From Rhizodiscina lignyota (Eukaryota): a stretch of DNA of 64,000 nucleotides. Under the pieces are notes generated by a model. The model did no database searches. It was given only the letters and a program-made list of their open reading frames with translations, and had not been told where the DNA came from. The translations under genes and the position numbers were made by a program. Shown piece by piece: positions 60,555-64,000 of this stretch (the stretch's first letter is position 1; each line of letters opens with the position of its first letter). The stretch is from positions 62,001-126,000 of the forward strand of contig ML978132.1 of the NCBI GenBank assembly GCA_010015805.1. Reading direction: 5' to 3'.

Positions 60555-61527
60555 GCTTTTGAACCCCGGAATGAATTGCAATGAGGACTGAAGGGCACTA
60601 TTTTACATGCCAAAAGAGAATGCTAGAAAGGTCGCGTGTTTAAGTATGTGTCCATTCCGCGACAGCGACAGTGATTCAGGTACCCGGGGCTATTAATACG
60701 CTCGCTGTCAGATCGGCGTTGGGACTCGTCTCCACCGCGCTGGCGCGCGCGTTTGAGGCTGTTCCGAAACGTTGTGGCCAGGTGGGCCTCGCTTTGCTCC
60801 GCATTGGGTCGAGGTGTGAGACGTAAGCTGTAACGCGTGGTTACGAGCGTTCTGGAAACTCGAAAGAAGAGAACAGGTGTCAATCGACCGTTGATGAGGA
60901 AACAGTGGCAATCATTGCAGTGCCGAGTTAGAGTGCTCAGGCCAATTGTAGAAGCCCTACGTCAAGTATGTGCTCAGGTGCTGAGGTTCTAGAATTACTG
61001 CATCGACGCGTGCAAAAAGGGCAGAAGCCACCTCAATTGGGCCTTTACCACCGTCGAAGGATTTAAGGTCTGCTCTCGACATTATTAGCTACTGCCGCGA
61101 TGCCTTGCAACATGCTCTTGAACCTTTGGCCATTTCAACGGGCGGACCTCGTGCGGAATGAAGCCGTATTGCAGTCTCACACGCTGGACTTCCACCACCC
61201 GAAACATACACTGGAAGGCACAGATTACTCGTTCATCAGCGATGTGAAGTATGATCGTGAGCTGTCTCTAGATGCCTTCAATGGGAAATTGCTGGGCCAT
61301 ATCCATTCCCTAACATTATGCTCTCTCTCCGCCAAAATCTCGTAAGCCGAGGTCACTTACAAATGTCCTGCTGGAGACAATCTTCTCGGACTGCGAACCT
61401 TTCAAGTTCCGAGCCTCATAAATATAACACGTACAAGCGACACACGGTTCCTGTAAGCAGATATCTTTCTGGAAGAGCTTGGAGTTGGCGGGGATATTCC
61501 CCCCAAGCGCGGAGTTGGGAGACCAGT

Positions 61528-62250
61528 ATGGCATCGAAAGATGAGGCTAGACGAAAAGCAATTGCAGCGGTTAATGCAATATTTGAAAGGTCTCTGCACA
61601 AAGTTTGAGGTGATTTCAAGGTTCACTGTAGTTAAAAGAATCGCAGATATCGTCTCATTGTCAAGCAACGACCTGATGGTCATGTCGTTAGTCCCACTGC
61701 CGCTTATTCAATCCCCGTTTCCTGACCTTGACAGGATTTCGATCATGGCGTAATGAAGGATCTCAAACTCCTCGACGCTGGCCCCGAGGGTTCAACGCTG
61801 TATGAGATAAGAATTGACGAGAAATACTCCAACCTGAACAACATCATGCACGGTGGTGCGACGGCGACCATCTTCGACATGTCGACGATGAGTGCTTTAG
61901 GCCCGCTGCAAAGACCAGGATACTGGTACTTTATGGGTGGCATTACGAGAGCGCTAAATGTCAGCTACTTGAGAGCTGTGCCGATTGGAACGACTATTAG
62001 GGTACGAAATTGGGTTGTACAGCATGGGAGGACGATGGCGATGATTAGAGGCGAGATGTTTTCAGGAGGAGATGGAAAGGGCGGTGAGGGCGAGGGATTG
62101 CCCAAGAAGATAGTATATGCCGTGGCAGAGCATCATAAGGTTCATCTTCCGACACGAGCGGAGCACCTCAGCGTGAGGCTGAAATGGGACGACGATATTG
62201 AGGCGCAGGCTAGGGCCGAAGAAGAGCAGAAAACCAAAGCGAGAATATGA
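61528..62250 (+). CDS. Hotdog-fold thioesterase (PaaI/THEM2-like)
   Basis: SNLNNIMHGGATATIFDMSTM and GITRALNVSYLRAVPIG; the 5' exon boundaries are approximate. Confidence 0.85.
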
Positions 62251-62370
62251 CGGCATGATTCCAGTATGATACACCGTGGTGTATGGAATGACTTTTGAAC
62301 TGTATGTACAAGAATTCGGATCGTGAAAGTCGTAGAATACAAATCGCTGAAGCGCTATTATGCATTAGTG

Positions 62371-63722
62371 TCACCGCAGCGCGCGATGCGCGATATCTTT
62401 TCGATATTGCATCCCGTCGAAATGTATGCAATTCACTCCCTTGTACGCGGTCTGCACTGCATCTTCTAATGTCTCTCCACTCGCAGTCGAGGCAATCACT
62501 CGTCCACCAGATGTCTTAAGCACACCACCGTCTAATGTCGTCCCCGCGTGGAACAAGACAACACCGTTTGGTACGGAGTCGAGCTTCATCTCGACTCCCT
62601 TCTTGTACGAGCCAGGGTATCCGCCGGACGCAACAACTACTGTTGCAGCAAATTTTGAATCCACCTCGAGCTCGAAGGATTCCAACTTCTCGTCCATACA
62701 CGCCTCAATGACCTTTGCGAGGTCACTTTTCATCAGAACAACCAGGCTTTGCGTTTCTGGGTCGCCGAATCGCACGTTGTATTCGAGTACTCGAGGGCCG
62801 TTCTTGGTCATCATTAGACCCGTGAAGAGGCAGCCGACCATAGGATATCCTGATTACCGATATGTGAGCTATTAAACTCGGACAACGTGACGACGATCAT
62901 ACCTTCTTCTCTCATGCCATCAATTGTCGGCTGCAGAACCGTCTTGTGTATCTGTTCCAACTCTGCGTCCGAGGCAGCCTTGGTTGGTGCGTACGTGCCC
63001 ATGCCGCCAGTGTTCGGACCAGTATCTCCGTCACCAATTCTCTTATGGTCTTGTGCCGGCGGTAAGCTCTTGATGCTCTTACCATCGCAGAAGCTTAGTA
63101 TGCTAATCTCCTCTCCCTCGAGGAACTCCTCAATCACTACCTCGTCTCCTGCAGCACCAAACTCCTTGTCCAGCATGATATCCTTGAGCGCATCATGCGC
63201 TTCCTGTTTATTTTGAGGTATTATCACGCCTTTGCCCGCAGCCAGTCCAGATGCTTTAATCACCACATCGTGGGACACGGAGTCGAGATACTCCTTAGCT
63301 TCCTCATATTTATTGAAATTTCTGTATTCCGCCGTAGGAATATTGAATCGTCTCATGAAGTCCTTCGCATATGCCTTGCTCCCCTCCATCATTGCTGCAG
63401 CTTGTGTTGGGCCAAAGCACCATGTCCCTCTTCCTCTTGTATGATCGTTAACATAGTCGACGATGCCGTCTACGAGAGGCTGCTCTGGGCCCGGAAGGAC
63501 GACATTGACATCGTTGTCTTTCGCAAATTTCACCAGTTGCTCGAAATACTTAGGCGACGTCTCTGATATACTCGATACATTGGTGACTTTGTCGAGCGAC
63601 GCGGTGCCGCCATTCCCTGGGACAGTGAAGATGTGCTCGACGAGGGGCGATTGGGATAGCTTCCAGGCAAGCGCATGCTCGCGGCCGCCGCCGCCAACGA
63701 GGAGGATGCGAAAGGAGCTCAT
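62371..63722 (-). CDS. Phosphoribosylamine-glycine ligase (GAR synthetase, PurD/Ade5 domain only; one intron)
   Basis: LLVGGGGREHALAWKL, GPEQPLVDG, VIKASGLAAGKGV, QDHKRIGDGDTGPNTGGMG, LEYNVRFGDPETQ and QYRKDIAHRALR*. Confidence 0.95.
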
Positions 63723-64000
63723 GGCTGTGGTATGTCAGTCATGGTGAAGTTCAATTGAGATCAATGAGACGAGAAGAAGTTTGCGCGTCACGGAGCCCGA
63801 AAATTTCAGAGTGCCCCTCGTAGGGCTGAAATAGAGCTGGCGCGGGGCGAGCAAGGGTCACGAAAACGGTCGACCGCGAAAATCTGCTGCACCCGCGTGT
63901 CGCGAGACCACATGCACCGTCCTATAAGGTACATTCAATTCAACCAGGCTCCGTGACGATGAGTTTCAAGCAAACATTGGTGACGTTGTGGAGGCTCAAT

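Overview
This is eukaryotic, intron-containing DNA from a filamentous ascomycete (Pezizomycotina, probably Dothideomycete-like; inferred from gene content and ~50-60 nt GT-AG introns with CTRAC branch sites). It is gene-dense, with about 27 protein-coding loci. Housekeeping genes include a DUF89 phosphatase, an FLX1-type carrier, RFC3, THO2, MSW1, HEM1, CRD1, PIG-P and a stand-alone GAR synthetase. Accessory genes include an AhpD-like protein, a UstYa/DUF3328 oxidase next to two tiny secreted-peptide genes, a carboxylesterase, a 2OG-Fe(II) oxygenase, a Zn2Cys6 factor/MFS pair and a HET remnant. There are also three copies of a TA-flanked MITE and an AT-rich RIP-like relic. The most striking feature is a tRNA-Leu(AAG) gene at 37265-37469. 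Besides the normal 37/38 tRNA intron, it is interrupted by two ~50-nt spliceosomal-type introns (GTAAGT/GTATGT...CTRAC...AG) at tRNA positions 27/28 and 53/54. The second one splits the Pol III B-box. Removing all three introns gives an intact 83-nt cloverleaf. The second-best lead is a possible minimal fungal RiPP locus: UstYa plus a 47-aa secreted peptide with a single Tyr-rich segment. All calls come from reading the sequence only; no database searches were run.
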